From Eledone cirrhosa (Eukaryota): a DNA stretch of 64,000 nucleotides. Positions 39,342 to 52,191 of this stretch are shown one piece after another (position 1 is the stretch's first letter; the number at the start of each line of letters is the position of its first letter). The DNA is taken from NCBI GenBank assembly GCA_964016885.1, contig OZ024741.1:67146001-67210000 (forward strand), written 5' to 3'. A program made the position numbers and the translations under genes. The notes under the pieces were generated by a model that saw only the letters and a list, made by a program, of their open reading frames with translations, made no database searches and was not told where the DNA came from.

Positions 39342-39949
39342 TCAGGTCACCAGTTGGTGCTACTGGTAACATGTATCCCAGTACAACCTGTCTCATGGTC
39401 GGGTCGTTGGCGACTAAACTGGCAACCCCACCAAGGTTTCTTGGTGAGGAGGGTGACTTTGGACATCCTGCAGGACTAAAGACAAGGCCTGTCAAAGGGC
39501 AAAAGAGCTCTTAAGAGTCAATGGCCAGCCAAAATCACCGGGAGAGATGACCCCTTAGCCTTTGTCAAGGCAGAATTCTAGGAGAAGGAAAACTCTGATA
39601 TAACACCTGCAACCCTGATGGTATCCAATGATGTTGACTTGTTCTTCTTTTTGGTAAATATCATCTTGGTTAAGAGAGTGGGACTGGCTTTGTGCAGTGG
39701 CTTTGCTCACTATAAAAGCTTCACGGCACAGGCATTGCTTTATATCTGGAGATCTCTCTGCATTTGTCGTCACAGGGTACCATGGGCCCAGCACTATCTG
39801 TCAGTAATTGTCACAAGTGTAGTGTTTGTACCAGAGTTTTCAAGTCGCTGGCTGGACTAAAAAGTCACACTCGTTCAGCGCATCGGTAGGGGTTCTCCTA
39901 CATGGATATAAAGTAGTGGCCGTACTCGAAGACGAGTTGGCAGCCACCA
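39342..39949 (+). mobile_element. ~600-bp bipartite non-autonomous RTE derivative (putative 5' UTR joined to 3' end)
   Basis: 5' part matches 34158-34350, 3' part matches 35850-36226; microsatellites on both sides. Confidence 0.65.
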
Positions 39950-40811
39950 TGTATGTATGTATACACTATCCCATGGGAATAGTAAGTGGAAATAATGTGT
40001 AGTTGAATTATGTGTAATAATGGCTTGGTTAAAACCAAAAGAGTAGCCTTAGCAAGCGTAAGAAACACTAGGGTAAATATACAGGGCGAAAATAAATAAA
40101 GAATACACATAATAAAAATACGAAAACAGAGAAAATAAAATGAAATAGATTGAAAAGATTTCAGGACATAAAAAAGTGAACAGTCAAGATGAAATATATT
40201 TAGGAATTTGGTAGATTATTATTTTTGGCTAATCGCATGCAATAGGATATGCGCTTGTGTGGCAAAAACAATAGTGGCCTTTGTTACAGCTAAGACATTT
40301 AAGTTTATTTATCTTAAGTTCTACTTAATGTCTTTTTTTCTATAAGAATATTTTATGAAAAAGACATTAGAACATTGATCTTAGGTTCAGAGACAATATA
40401 AGCATCATATAATATATATAGAGTAGTATATTAAAATATTAGGAATTGTGAAAATTCTTCAATGTGAATATTGTGAACAATCGATATATAGTATGAAGTG
40501 AAATACTTGTGTTGGAATTCAATTGAAATATGCATGCATACATATATTTATATATTAATAGGTACACAGATATACAGATGAATACACAAACATATAAACC
40601 AACTCTCATATATATATATATATATACACACACCAACACGTACACACACACACACACAATCACACACACGGACACAGACACACACATACACACACATATA
40701 TATATATTTATATATATATATATGCGTATATGATTAACAGCTTACAGAACGGAGTACTCAATACCGAAGTAGAGTGTTAATATACATATTTATTAAAGCT
40801 AAAATGTGGGT

Positions 40812-40862
40812 GTTCTTACTCTGAAGTTTCATCTGTTTACCACAGGATCATCAGAAAAGAAC
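40812..40862 (-). ncRNA. Type I hammerhead-like motif (family D)
   Basis: Reverse complement: gttctttt CTGATGA tc-ctgt-ggtaa-acag-at GAA act-tcag-agt A agaac; GUA site. Confidence 0.55.
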
Positions 40863-41374
40863 TGGAGAGCAAGTACTCAATACTTGGCGTAGAGTATAAA
40901 ATAATTTAATTCGGTAAGCTAAAGCTAAAATCAAAGGGGGTGGAGGTGGGTTGGGGGGTCGGCATTTTAAAATGAAAACACAGAGTAATGATGAATATAA
41001 CAAAATACCAAAGAGTATATTGTCAATCGATTTGTCAGGACAGATATCGCTCTAGCATACTGTGACCTCATCTGCAAGCTGCTAGATTTTATACAAATAC
41101 AAGACACCACTTTTGTTTTGCCAAATAGCCCTTGTTCCAAGATGGCATATACACATATTCATATATACGGATAAGGTCCATCAACCCGACGCACAGGCTT
41201 TTACGGTACGAATCCTGCCTTCGATTCAAGAATAAAGAAACTAAGACGCACATAAAGACCAAGGATTGATCTTGGTTGTTAGAATGTTAGATGGTTTTGA
41301 GACTCATGCCAAGGCAATCCATTTTCTGCGAGTTAACCATTCATCAGCTTGACTAATTTTTGAACTGTACACAC

Positions 41375-41437
<63 letters not shown>

Positions 41438-41688
41438 TATATATATATATCTATTATCTACTCATGTATGTTCACACACGGAACTAAAGCGCTACCTATG
41501 GTTACAAGGCCCAATAATAACCATATCTGCAGACTGTAAGAGGGATCTAATTTGTGACTTAGTCTTCAGGCGTCTGAAGACTAGGTCGTAATTTCTTCCG
41601 TGTATGAACATAAATAATTTGATATATCAAATCTCATCCATGATTGATCAGTTTTCCTTTTTCCGTTTGCGCATCCACGGATATTTTA

Positions 41689-41722
<34 letters not shown>

Positions 41723-41969
41723 TTATTTATCTATTATTAGTACAGATTAAAATTTAAGCAAAAAATCGCTGTTTTCACCCTATTACGGGATCTTCTGAAA
41801 CTGAGAAAAATCAATCTGTGGACGCAGAAGTAAATATTTCAAATATTACAATTACTACTAACTCTATGTATACTCTCTCTCTCTCCCCCTCTCTCTCTCT
41901 CGCTCTCTCTCTCCCCCTCTCTCTCTCTCTCTCTCTCTCTCCCTCTCTCTCTCTCTCTCTATCTCTATC

Positions 41970-42000
<31 letters not shown>

Positions 42001-42242
42001 CTATATATATCATTGAGCTGTCGTCTGTTCTACAGTGTGGATGTCATTCACTTCGCACAGAAGTTTTGTTCAAATTTATTGAGGAAATTTTGTGAGTTCA
42101 AACTTAATTTTGATACAATTGTGTAGCTTGACCCTCCGTCTGAACTGTCAGGCGGTGGGTCAGCTCATCTTTACCCCTCCTAGAGGTGAAAAACCTGTTT
42201 TAAAAAAAATTTTCTGTAAAAAATTTCAATCGTCTAACAGAA

Positions 42243-44120
42243 ATGTTAAACGCAGCGAACGAAAATAGTGGTGGGGGGACAGCGGTAAGAGTTGTAAGCT
42301 CGCACGCTTTAGTCCTCCCTTCCTTCCCAACTAACGTCATAGAGAAGGAAGGAAAAATGAAAATAAAAACGGACGAATCTGCGGAGAAAAAATTAAATGA
42401 CGATAACAACGAAAAAAAAAAATTTGAAAAATTGCATGACAATACTAATAACACAAACAAAGACACAACAAACAAAAAAATAACAGTTGAAAATAACATC
42501 ATATCAGAAAACAAAGCAGACGACAAGATTTCTTTTGCACAGAAAACAAAGAAATCTTTGACTTATATAGCGGAAAACATTTCAGATGTGGTACGAAGGA
42601 TCACGGACGCAAAACAATACATAAGTGAAGGTGAGAATGGTATTTTATTGGTAAAAATGCCTCAAGAATTCACGAAAGACATTGAAAGCCGAACGGTCAA
42701 GTTTCGGACCATCAACAACAGTACAAAAAAACCTGAACAGCCTTCTCAAGCAGATATCAAAACAGTACTCGCAGAAGTACTGAATGAAACAACTTTCATA
42801 AGAAAAGACAGACTGTATGGAAGCCTAGCAATTATCATGAAGAACGAATCGGCGGCAAAAAAATGTGCTTTGTCACCGATTCGTTCGAAAAATTTCACCT
42901 TTTATCCATCTTATATGGGAAAAAAAACTCAACGCATATGGCTGGATGCAATGATGCCAGATGTGGACTACTGCTGGCTCATAGCTGGCTTCATCGATCC
43001 AGTGAATGACAACGTGATTTCCATTGGGAAAACCACAGGCAATGCGTTCAGTGGAACAGGTATAGAGCTGGTAGTACAAATGAAGCCTGAACGCATCGCC
43101 CAAATACCCGACAGAATCCTATTAGAGGACCACGGGTATATAAACATTAGCGTGGAGGGGAGAAGGCCGTCCTGCCATATCTGTGCAGGCAGAGGGCACC
43201 TGAAGGCCGCTTGTCCCCAACTCAACAAAAAGAAAACCCTGCTACCAACACCAGCTCCACCACCACCACCACAACAGATAAACAAACAACAAAACTCAGT
43301 CCCACCCAACCCGTCCCTCAGTAACACAACAACACCACCACAACACAAACAGTCACAACACATTACCCCAAAACAAAATACAGGCCCACCCAACCTCTCA
43401 CTCAATAAAACAACACAACCACCGCAGACACAACACACAACACAGTCTAACATAGTGACATCCATCTCCCCCACAAAGAAAACCAACACGGAAACATTAC
43501 CAGCAAACATACCTCTTCCCTCCAACACTGAAGATAACCCAACGAATTCGGAGGAAGAAACGGAGTCCTTCAGACAGATTAAAAGGAAAAAAAGAAAACA
43601 TGTGCAAAACACACAAGGACAAACAACCCCCACCCAAATCGCAACACAATCTAACAAAACAGAAAACACCCCTCCAGCAACAAACAAAACCAAACCTGCC
43701 CCTCCCCTCTTCGAAACACTCACACCATCGGAAAAAAAGACATTACACTATACTTACATCAACAGAAACAATAATAAATTAAATGAACTCATATACAATA
43801 ATCCTTCGGTACAAACCGAAGGTGTAAACTTTGTTTCATCAGAAAACCACCCACATTTAAAACTAATAAAAATCCCAATGAACCTCTACCAAAAACTAAA
43901 AAAGGATTTTAAGGAGGACGTAGGACCACCCTCTGTCAAACCCATAAACCGCGTCCTACTAAAAAGCTTTCCCCCTCCCCTTCCCCTCCCCAACACAACT
44001 CCAAACACCCCAACCCCACCACACACCGACGGCCCCACACCACCACAAGACACCCCTTCACCCAACACCCCCGACCCCATGGAAGTCGTGCAACCCGAAC
44101 CCCGGGAAGCGGAAAGGTAG
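42243..44120 (+). CDS. ORF1 nucleic-acid-binding protein with CCHC zinc knuckle and Pro/Thr-rich tail
   Basis: Open 625 aa; GRRPSCHICAGRGHLKAACP. Confidence 0.85.
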   Translation: MLNAANENSGGGTAVRVVSSHALVLPSFPTNVIEKEGKMKIKTDESAEKKLNDDNNEKKKFEKLHDNTNNTNKDTTNKKITVENNIISENKADDKISFAQKTKKSLTYIAENISDVVRRITDAKQYISEGENGILLVKMPQEFTKDIESRTVKFRTINNSTKKPEQPSQADIKTVLAEVLNETTFIRKDRLYGSLAIIMKNESAAKKCALSPIRSKNFTFYPSYMGKKTQRIWLDAMMPDVDYCWLIAGFIDPVNDNVISIGKTTGNAFSGTGIELVVQMKPERIAQIPDRILLEDHGYINISVEGRRPSCHICAGRGHLKAACPQLNKKKTLLPTPAPPPPPQQINKQQNSVPPNPSLSNTTTPPQHKQSQHITPKQNTGPPNLSLNKTTQPPQTQHTTQSNIVTSISPTKKTNTETLPANIPLPSNTEDNPTNSEEETESFRQIKRKKRKHVQNTQGQTTPTQIATQSNKTENTPPATNKTKPAPPLFETLTPSEKKTLHYTYINRNNNKLNELIYNNPSVQTEGVNFVSSENHPHLKLIKIPMNLYQKLKKDFKEDVGPPSVKPINRVLLKSFPPPLPLPNTTPNTPTPPHTDGPTPPQDTPSPNTPDPMEVVQPEPREAER

Positions 44121-44153
44121 GTCTCTACACTCTCCTTTGGCTCTGCCGCCCAC

Positions 44154-44693
44154 ATGGATGTGTTAAGAGTAGGATGTTTGAATGCACGTGGCCTGGGCTC
44201 AACTTGGAAGCAAGCAAAGCTTCTAAATGACCTCAGGTCATGTAGTATAAATGTAATGGTTATCTGTGAGACTCGAATCAGCGTCATGCGGCAGCTGGCC
44301 CCCACCTTCGATGACTTTGAGGTGCATGCATCTCTCTGTCAACCTGGAGGTGGGGGTGGGGTTGTCGTGCTGCTGCAAAAACACCTGGGTCTTGCCGTAC
44401 AGGTTGTGCACTCGGACCCGGAGGGTCGTTTGTTGGTGCTAGACGTTGGCAGTAGTGAAAGTGCGGCCTTGAGACTGGTCGCCGTCTACTCCCCTTTCGG
44501 AGCTGAACGGCCCGACTTCTTCCAGCGTTTGGAGACTTTTCTGGGAACGTCGCGTTCCCTGCTTCTAGCGGGGGATTGGAATGACATCCTAGATGCACGT
44601 TGGGACTATGCAGGAGCATGTCCTAATAGAGGGGGGTGTAACAGCCTCAAGGGGTTACTCGACCGTTTTAACTTGGTCGATAGATATCGATAG
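44154..44693 (+). CDS. ORF2 N-terminal APE endonuclease (frameshift near 44690)
   Basis: GCLNARGL, ICETR, GGVVVL, GRLLVLD, VAVYSP, LAGDWN. Confidence 0.9.
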   Translation: MDVLRVGCLNARGLGSTWKQAKLLNDLRSCSINVMVICETRISVMRQLAPTFDDFEVHASLCQPGGGGGVVVLLQKHLGLAVQVVHSDPEGRLLVLDVGSSESAALRLVAVYSPFGAERPDFFQRLETFLGTSRSLLLAGDWNDILDARWDYAGACPNRGGCNSLKGLLDRFNLVDRYR

Positions 44694-44704
44694 ATTTTCC
44701 AACT

Positions 44705-47590
44705 GTGCCTACCTGGACTTGGAGAAACCACAGTGGTCAATCTAGATCGTACTTAGATAGATTCTTAGTTAGAAGTAAGGATAGGGACATATTAAGCTGT
44801 CCAGAAATGCGCACGGTTGGCTACACGGATCACAAATTAGTGACCTGCGTGGTCAATCTCGAGAAAACACATAGACAGGGTCCCGGTTACTGGAAACTTA
44901 ATTTGTCTTTACCGGCAAAAGAGACTTACAGAAACCGGATTAGCAGATTAGTTAAGGAGAGGTTGACGGGTGCAATCGTCAACAACCGATGGTGGGCATC
45001 TCTCAAAAGAGAGATTAGAACAGAATCAATAAGTTATAGCAAGATGTTAGCTGCCAATAGGAATAGAAACGAGAAAGAATTAACAGGTAAATTAGAAGAG
45101 GCAATCAAGAGCGAAGATGTGGCCAGAGTGCTGGCATCGAGGACGGCCTTGAACCAGTTTTTCGATGCAAAGCATGAAGGCTGCGTCATTCGAAGTAAAA
45201 TACGTGCTCTAGGTAATGAGGGGGCCAAAGCCGTTGGATGGGCCCGCGTGACAGAAGCTAAAAGTGGAAATCGATCCACCATCCGGTCGTTGCAAGACGA
45301 AGATGGACGAGTGATCCGGGAGCCTAAGCAGATGTGCGAGGCCTTTCAAAAGCACTTTGCCCGATTGTTCGGGGGAGGCGAGGGTCCGGGCCGGGGCGTG
45401 GATTTCGGTCCATACCTCGACGGCCTGCCGCGTCTCTCGAACAAAGAGGCAGAGTCCTGCGAGGGACCAATCTCGGCTGATGAGATCGGAGATGCGCTGA
45501 GCCAATGCAGCAGACGCAAATCTCCAGGTCTCGATGGTATACCTTACGAACTTTATTTAGCAATGCCGGTCTTCTTCTCCGAACTCCTCGAAGCGGTCTA
45601 CTGCAATTGGCAGCAGAACGGGAGAATTCCTTGTTCTGTAGCCAAGGGCGTAGTCACGCTGGTGAGGAAGGACGAGAAAAAGGGGGATAGTATAAATAAT
45701 TTTCGGCCCATAACCCTGCTAAACACAGAGTTAAAGATTTTGGCCAAGGTGTTAGCAAAGAGGTTGGCGCTTGTCGTGGGTGGCCTGGTGGGAGATGCGC
45801 AGACATGTGCTATCCCATCCAGGTCCATTCACGATAACCTCCACCTCATGCGATACATCATAGAGAGGGTTGGCAACAAACCCGGCTTCGGTGGGGCTCT
45901 GATCAACTTGGATCAGTCTAAGGCCTTCGATAGGGTCGACCATGGTTACCTGGATGCGGTGCTAGCGGCGGCTGGGTTCGGTCCTGTTTTCAGAGGCTGG
46001 ATCACTGCCCTACATAGCAACCACATCTGTTCTAGGATCAAGGTGAACGGCTACCTTTCGAAGCCGTTCGAAATCACACGATCCATTCGACAGGGGTGCC
46101 CTCTCTCCTCCCTTCTGTACGTATTGACTCTCGAGCCTTTACTGAGGAAGTTGGAGTTGTTGCAGGGTATCCCCCTGGAACCAGGATTGAGCAAAGCGGT
46201 GTCGGCCTACGCCGATGACGTAACAGTAATGGTATCAACCGACTCGGAGATCGAGGCGATCGGTACCTTACTGGAGGAGTACGAAAGGTTGTCAGGAGCG
46301 AAACTGAACCGGGAAAAATCCATCGGGCTGCAACTCGGAACGTGGAGAGGCAAACCGATGCCTCCTGACGGTGTCGTCGGACACTGGACGGAGGGCCCGG
46401 TAAAGTTGCTTGGGGTCTGGTTTGGACCGGACCTCCAGATGGAAAAGAACTGGAACGAGGTTACGAACAAGGTGTTTGCACTAACCCAGAAATGGGCCAA
46501 GTGTAAGCTGTCCCTAAAAGGCCGGGCGGAGGTGGCGAACATTTACATAGCGTCCGTCACTTACTACCGCCTGACTGTCGTGCCTTGCCCTAAGGAAACA
46601 CTCACCACCATGGAACGCATGCTCTTCCAATTTCTTTGGAAGAAGCGTCCTCCTATGGTGAGAAGATCCATCTGCTGCCAACAACCTTCGAAAGGAGGGC
46701 TGGGGATGCCGTGGTTGATGATGCGTAGGCACGCATTAAGGCTACGGCACCTACAGGTATTCCTCACTGGTCAACCGGTGTGGGCTCCGTTCGTGAAACG
46801 AGCCTTTCCGAGACTCGTCTCACTCACCGAGCTACAGTCCTGGGTCAAGCAAAGATCCGGAAAACTGGGAGACTGGCACACTGAGTGTGCTCAGGCGCTC
46901 AGGGCTCTCTGGCAAGCGGGCCGGGCCATCGGTGGAGAATCCACCTCATCATTCTATAGAGGGCTGGTGGCTAGCAGGGGCGATGACACCCTTGGAGAGT
47001 CGCTGGACATGGAAGAAGACGAACTGGCCAGCCTGTTCGGTAGGACTTTCGGCCCAGGACCAATGGACAACTTCCAGAAGTCACTGGCCTGGCAGTGCTA
47101 CCGAGGGGCTCTACCCGTTCGAGAGAGGCTCTACAGACACGGGCGCCCGGGCAGGGATCCCTCAAAAAAGATTTGCCCTAGATGCGTGCGTCACGAAGAA
47201 ACCGTGGCGCACGCATTGGTGCAATGTCCTGGCGTGGCTGATCTGTGGGGCTACGCCGAACAACTGCTGTCGCGGGTGGCGCCGATTAAATTGACCGCCG
47301 AGTCCGTGATGACAATCAAACCGCCTCCCCTCTTCACAAAGGAAGCAAAGGCGGTTTTTCTGTGCGTAATAGCCATGTTGAAAGAGGTTGTTTGGTGGAC
47401 ACGATTGAAAGGTCTGAGGTCAGGCAACTTCCTCTCTGGCCATAGTCTGGTCTACTTCTTCCGATATCACTTCGGAAGAAGGATAAGAATGGAGAGAGAG
47501 GTGCTTGGCCACAGGCAGTTTTATGAAAGGTGGGTGATAGTGGCGAGAATGGCTCGTGTAAATGGGCCTTCTCTGTATACCATCCTGTAG
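44705..47590 (+). CDS. ORF2 remainder: end of APE, reverse transcriptase and C-terminal zinc-binding domain
   Basis: YLDRFLV, TDH, KSPGLDG, FRPITLLN, DQSKAFDRV, RQGCPLS, AYADD, KLLGV, CPRC-x7-HALVQC. Confidence 0.92.
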   Translation: MPTWTWRNHSGQSRSYLDRFLVRSKDRDILSCPEMRTVGYTDHKLVTCVVNLEKTHRQGPGYWKLNLSLPAKETYRNRISRLVKERLTGAIVNNRWWASLKREIRTESISYSKMLAANRNRNEKELTGKLEEAIKSEDVARVLASRTALNQFFDAKHEGCVIRSKIRALGNEGAKAVGWARVTEAKSGNRSTIRSLQDEDGRVIREPKQMCEAFQKHFARLFGGGEGPGRGVDFGPYLDGLPRLSNKEAESCEGPISADEIGDALSQCSRRKSPGLDGIPYELYLAMPVFFSELLEAVYCNWQQNGRIPCSVAKGVVTLVRKDEKKGDSINNFRPITLLNTELKILAKVLAKRLALVVGGLVGDAQTCAIPSRSIHDNLHLMRYIIERVGNKPGFGGALINLDQSKAFDRVDHGYLDAVLAAAGFGPVFRGWITALHSNHICSRIKVNGYLSKPFEITRSIRQGCPLSSLLYVLTLEPLLRKLELLQGIPLEPGLSKAVSAYADDVTVMVSTDSEIEAIGTLLEEYERLSGAKLNREKSIGLQLGTWRGKPMPPDGVVGHWTEGPVKLLGVWFGPDLQMEKNWNEVTNKVFALTQKWAKCKLSLKGRAEVANIYIASVTYYRLTVVPCPKETLTTMERMLFQFLWKKRPPMVRRSICCQQPSKGGLGMPWLMMRRHALRLRHLQVFLTGQPVWAPFVKRAFPRLVSLTELQSWVKQRSGKLGDWHTECAQALRALWQAGRAIGGESTSSFYRGLVASRGDDTLGESLDMEEDELASLFGRTFGPGPMDNFQKSLAWQCYRGALPVRERLYRHGRPGRDPSKKICPRCVRHEETVAHALVQCPGVADLWGYAEQLLSRVAPIKLTAESVMTIKPPPLFTKEAKAVFLCVIAMLKEVVWWTRLKGLRSGNFLSGHSLVYFFRYHFGRRIRMEREVLGHRQFYERWVIVARMARVNGPSLYTIL

Positions 47591-47803
47591 GTAAAGAAGT
47601 AAAGGAGAGGGGAGCACCTTCTCCATGTGCTCCCCGGGCAAAGGATTGCACACATTTTCGGGGGTGTGTGCAACCCCCATCACGTCCCCTCCCTTTTGAG
47701 GTTATTTTCGATTATTTTCATGTTACACCCTTTTTACTCGATTATATGTAAACTCCCCCTTTGTATTTGTCCCTTCTTTTTATGCCCTTATGGTAAATAA
47801 AGA

Positions 47804-47861
<58 letters not shown>

Positions 47862-48237
47862 CTCTAGAAAGGGAGATTGACGGAAATTAAAACACATTGA
47901 GTAATATGTATGCAATTTAACGGTTAACACACGTGTGTAGATACGTATAGGAGAGTGTGATTGCTTGCCGTTTGTCGCATGTGTGTATAGATATGTAGTA
48001 CAACACGTTTGAAGTAAAAGCAATTACCTTAAAATATAGTGGGTTTATTTATGTAAAGGGATGAGTAGGCGGTTATTGATTTGAATTATATTGTTGTTTT
48101 TCAATCTTGTTTTCTATGTTGAGATTGCTGTTTTACATAGTGTCTTTTCAAGTCACTATGTTTGTATAAGTATGCAGTTGTACACACACACATACACACA
48201 CACACACACTCACACACACACACATACAGACACACAT

Positions 48238-48269
<32 letters not shown>

Positions 48270-48313
48270 GGAGAGATGGATAGATAGATACATAGATAGA
48301 AAGCGAGAGAGAG

Positions 48314-48351
<38 letters not shown>

Positions 48352-48679
48352 TGTGTGTGTGTGATTTTAGTGTACCTTTTTTTACCGTTCCGTCTATCCA
48401 ACTCGAAATTGCCGAAGAAACAAAAAGTTAGCCTCAGTACATAAGTTTAACGTGTGGAGCATGAAGATAAATATCAATATATTTATCTTCATAGGTCGAT
48501 AACTACTGTTAATGTTATGACCAAATATATTTATTGTTCCACAAAATAATGACCAAGGCAATTAATTCTAAATTAGAATTTATTTGCACTACTCATACAA
48601 TTAAAAATAAAATTACAAAAAATCAATCGCATTCGGCACATGTACACACACACACGCACACACACACAGACACACACAT

Positions 48680-50241
48680 ATGGGGAGATCAGGCGGCTGT
48701 TTGAGGAACTGGATGTTGAGACAGAGCCCTTCACCAGAGAGGAGCTTCAGAGAGCCAAGAAGAGGATCAAGTATGGCAAGGCTCATGGAGAAGATGGAGT
48801 GGCATCAGAGGTGATGAAGAGGTGTGATTTTGATGATATCATCCTGGGGTTCTGTAACGGGGCACTGGAGAAAGGAGTTGCCCCGAATCAGTGGAGGATC
48901 AGTAACATCGTCCCAGTGCCAAAGAAGGGAGATCTCTCTAACACCAACAACTACCGGGGGATCTCACTGACGTCACTTGTGGCAATGACCCTCAACAGGA
49001 TGATTCTTAACAGGATCCAGCCTGAGATGGAGAAGAAGCTCAGGGACAACCAGAACGGCTTCAGAGAGGGTAGATCAACCACCAGTCACATTCTGATGCT
49101 GAGGAGGATATTAGAGGGAGCTAGAGCAAAGTGCCTTCCTACGGTCATGGTTTTCATTGACTTTAGGAAGGCCTTTGATTCTGTGGACCGTTACTGCCTG
49201 ATGAAGATCTTACAGGCTTATGGAATCCCCAAGAAGATAGTGGACCTGATATCACTGCTCTACACCAACACCAAAGCCCAAGTCATTACACCTGATGGGA
49301 TGACAGAGTTCTTTGAGATACTAGCTGGAGTGCTCCAGGGAGATACATTGGCTCCCTACCTTTTTATCATCGTAGTGGACTATTGTATGCGCCTTGCACT
49401 GGAGAAACACCAGGACTCTGGCTTTACTGTAGCACCGGCTCAGAGCAGGAGAGTTAGGGCGAAAAAGGTATCGGATGCTGAATTTGCCGACGACATAGTT
49501 TTGGTGACAAATACAGTGAAGGAGGCAGAGGATATGATGCGGGAGGTTGAGACTGTGTCGATGAGTGTGGGGCTGAGAATGAATGAGACTAAAACAAAAT
49601 ATCTGGTAGAGAATGTTGAGAAGCCAGAGGGGATCACTAATGTAGGCGGGAAGCCGCTATAATTGGTTGAGGGCTTCCTGTATTTGGGAGCAAAGATTGG
49701 GAATACGGAAGATGATGAGGTTGAGAGGAAGAGCAAGGCCTGGGCGGCGTGCCACAGCTTGAGATCGGTGTGGAAGTCGGACCTTCGTAGAGACCTGAAA
49801 ATCCGCCTCTTCATTGCTGTAGTGGAGTCTGTGCTGCTGTATGGGTCTGAGACTTGGACACTGACCAAGAAACTCACTCAGATGGTGGATGAGTGCTACA
49901 CGAGAATGATGAGGATGGCTCTGAACATTAATCAGTATACACTGAGGATGAAAAACTCAGAGCTGTATGGGAACATCCCAAAAGTCAGCTCAAAAGTGAC
50001 ACAGAGGAGACTGAGATTAGCTGGACATGCTCACCGACATCCAGAGTTGACATTGCACTCAGTACCCCTTTGGGAGCCCCTACATGGACACACTAGAAGA
50101 GGAAGACCAAGGTTAACGTATGTTGATGCCCTAAGGACAGACACTGGTCTGTTGGAGATGCAGGACATGGCAGCGATAATGAGGGACAGAGACCGCTGGA
50201 GAGAACTCGTCCATGGATCTCGGGAATTTTACCCGCCTTAG

Positions 50242-50244
<3 letters not shown>
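48680..50244 (+). mobile_element. 5'-truncated RTE/RTEX-like LINE; RT open except one in-frame stop at 49660-49662
   Basis: ORFs 48640-49662 and 49663-50241: NYRGISLTS, DFRKAFDS, QGDTLAP, FADD, FLYLG. Confidence 0.9.
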
Positions 50245-50338
<94 letters not shown>

Positions 50339-50394
50339 GAAACATTGAACAGGGACAGAACAGAGAGGCAGTACGATAAATGTCAGTACGATAA

Positions 50395-50945
<551 letters not shown>

Positions 50946-50976
50946 AGTATAAATACATATATATATATATATATAC

Positions 50977-51016
<40 letters not shown>

Positions 51017-51029
51017 ATATATGTGTGTA

Positions 51030-51159
<130 letters not shown>

Positions 51160-52148
51160 CATATATACACACATATATATATGTGTATATATGTGCTTGT
51201 GTGAGAGAGAGTTGGTTTCTAACATAGATACAAAACTCTCTCATTGGAATTTACACAACATCAACTAGGTAGATATTTATGCATACAGTTACTAACATAT
51301 CCCAGGCATAAATCTGAAGGTATAGTCTGGGTGGAGTATCTGCAGATTTCTCATTAGTTCTGCATAAATATTCTCCTTTTCGCTAATCTTTGATATTATA
51401 TCGGCATCTGCTGGACAGCTAACTTCCACTACTGTGCATGCATTCTTTTCCCTCTCCCATATCATTATATCTGGTCTGTTATGCCTGCATTTTATTGGGG
51501 TTTTTACTGGAACATTCCACCAGTACTATTTCATATTATGTATATGTATGACTTCCTATGTATGTATGTATGTATGTATGTATGTATGTATGTATGTATG
51601 TATGTATGTATGTATGTTTTCTCTTTCTCTTAATTTCGAGTATATTTGTATGTATGTATGTATGTATGTATGTATGTATGTATGTATGTATTACCATGTT
51701 GACAGATTAGGGAGCTGTTCACAAGAGGAATAACCTTTGTGGCAATACGTACAGAGTTGTAGAGAAGGACCTGGCCAGATGCCGAGATTTCCCCATACTA
51801 TTAATGTACTTATTCAGCAAGGGAGCGTACCTTCTACCTAATACATACCTAAATTAAATATTTTGTCCTTTAGTCAACACAAAATACATAGAATACATTT
51901 TAGAGTTGTGTTGTTTGTCATGACAACATAGTGACATTAACTAGATAACCAGCTGCCTCTCATATCATAAAAGGTCATAAGTAGTAATATAATTCACTAA
52001 ACACGAGTATAAATAACATATTTTGTATGAATTGTTTTCGTCATGTTATGTACTGCAAAGTTGCATGTATGTATAAAACACAGGTACATTATCAATACAG
52101 ACACACATACACGTAAATCCACACACATACACACACACCTCATATATA

Positions 52149-52191
<43 letters not shown>

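Larger units (their letters stand above)
42011..47804 (+). mobile_element. Full-length Tx1/L1-clade non-LTR retrotransposon
   Basis: 5' UTR, ORF1 with zinc knuckle, ORF2 APE-RT-zinc-binding domain, 3' UTR with aataaa; (TCTA)n on both flanks. Confidence 0.92.

Noticed and set aside
39342-39480. HDV-like or twister ribozyme in the putative RTE 5' UTR
   Set aside because: A P1-like pairing and gaggaggg are present, but the required nested pseudoknot and core residues could not be built in both copies
42968-43723. 251-aa minus-strand ORF within Tx1 ORF1
   Set aside because: Antisense shadow of the A/C-rich low-complexity ORF1 region
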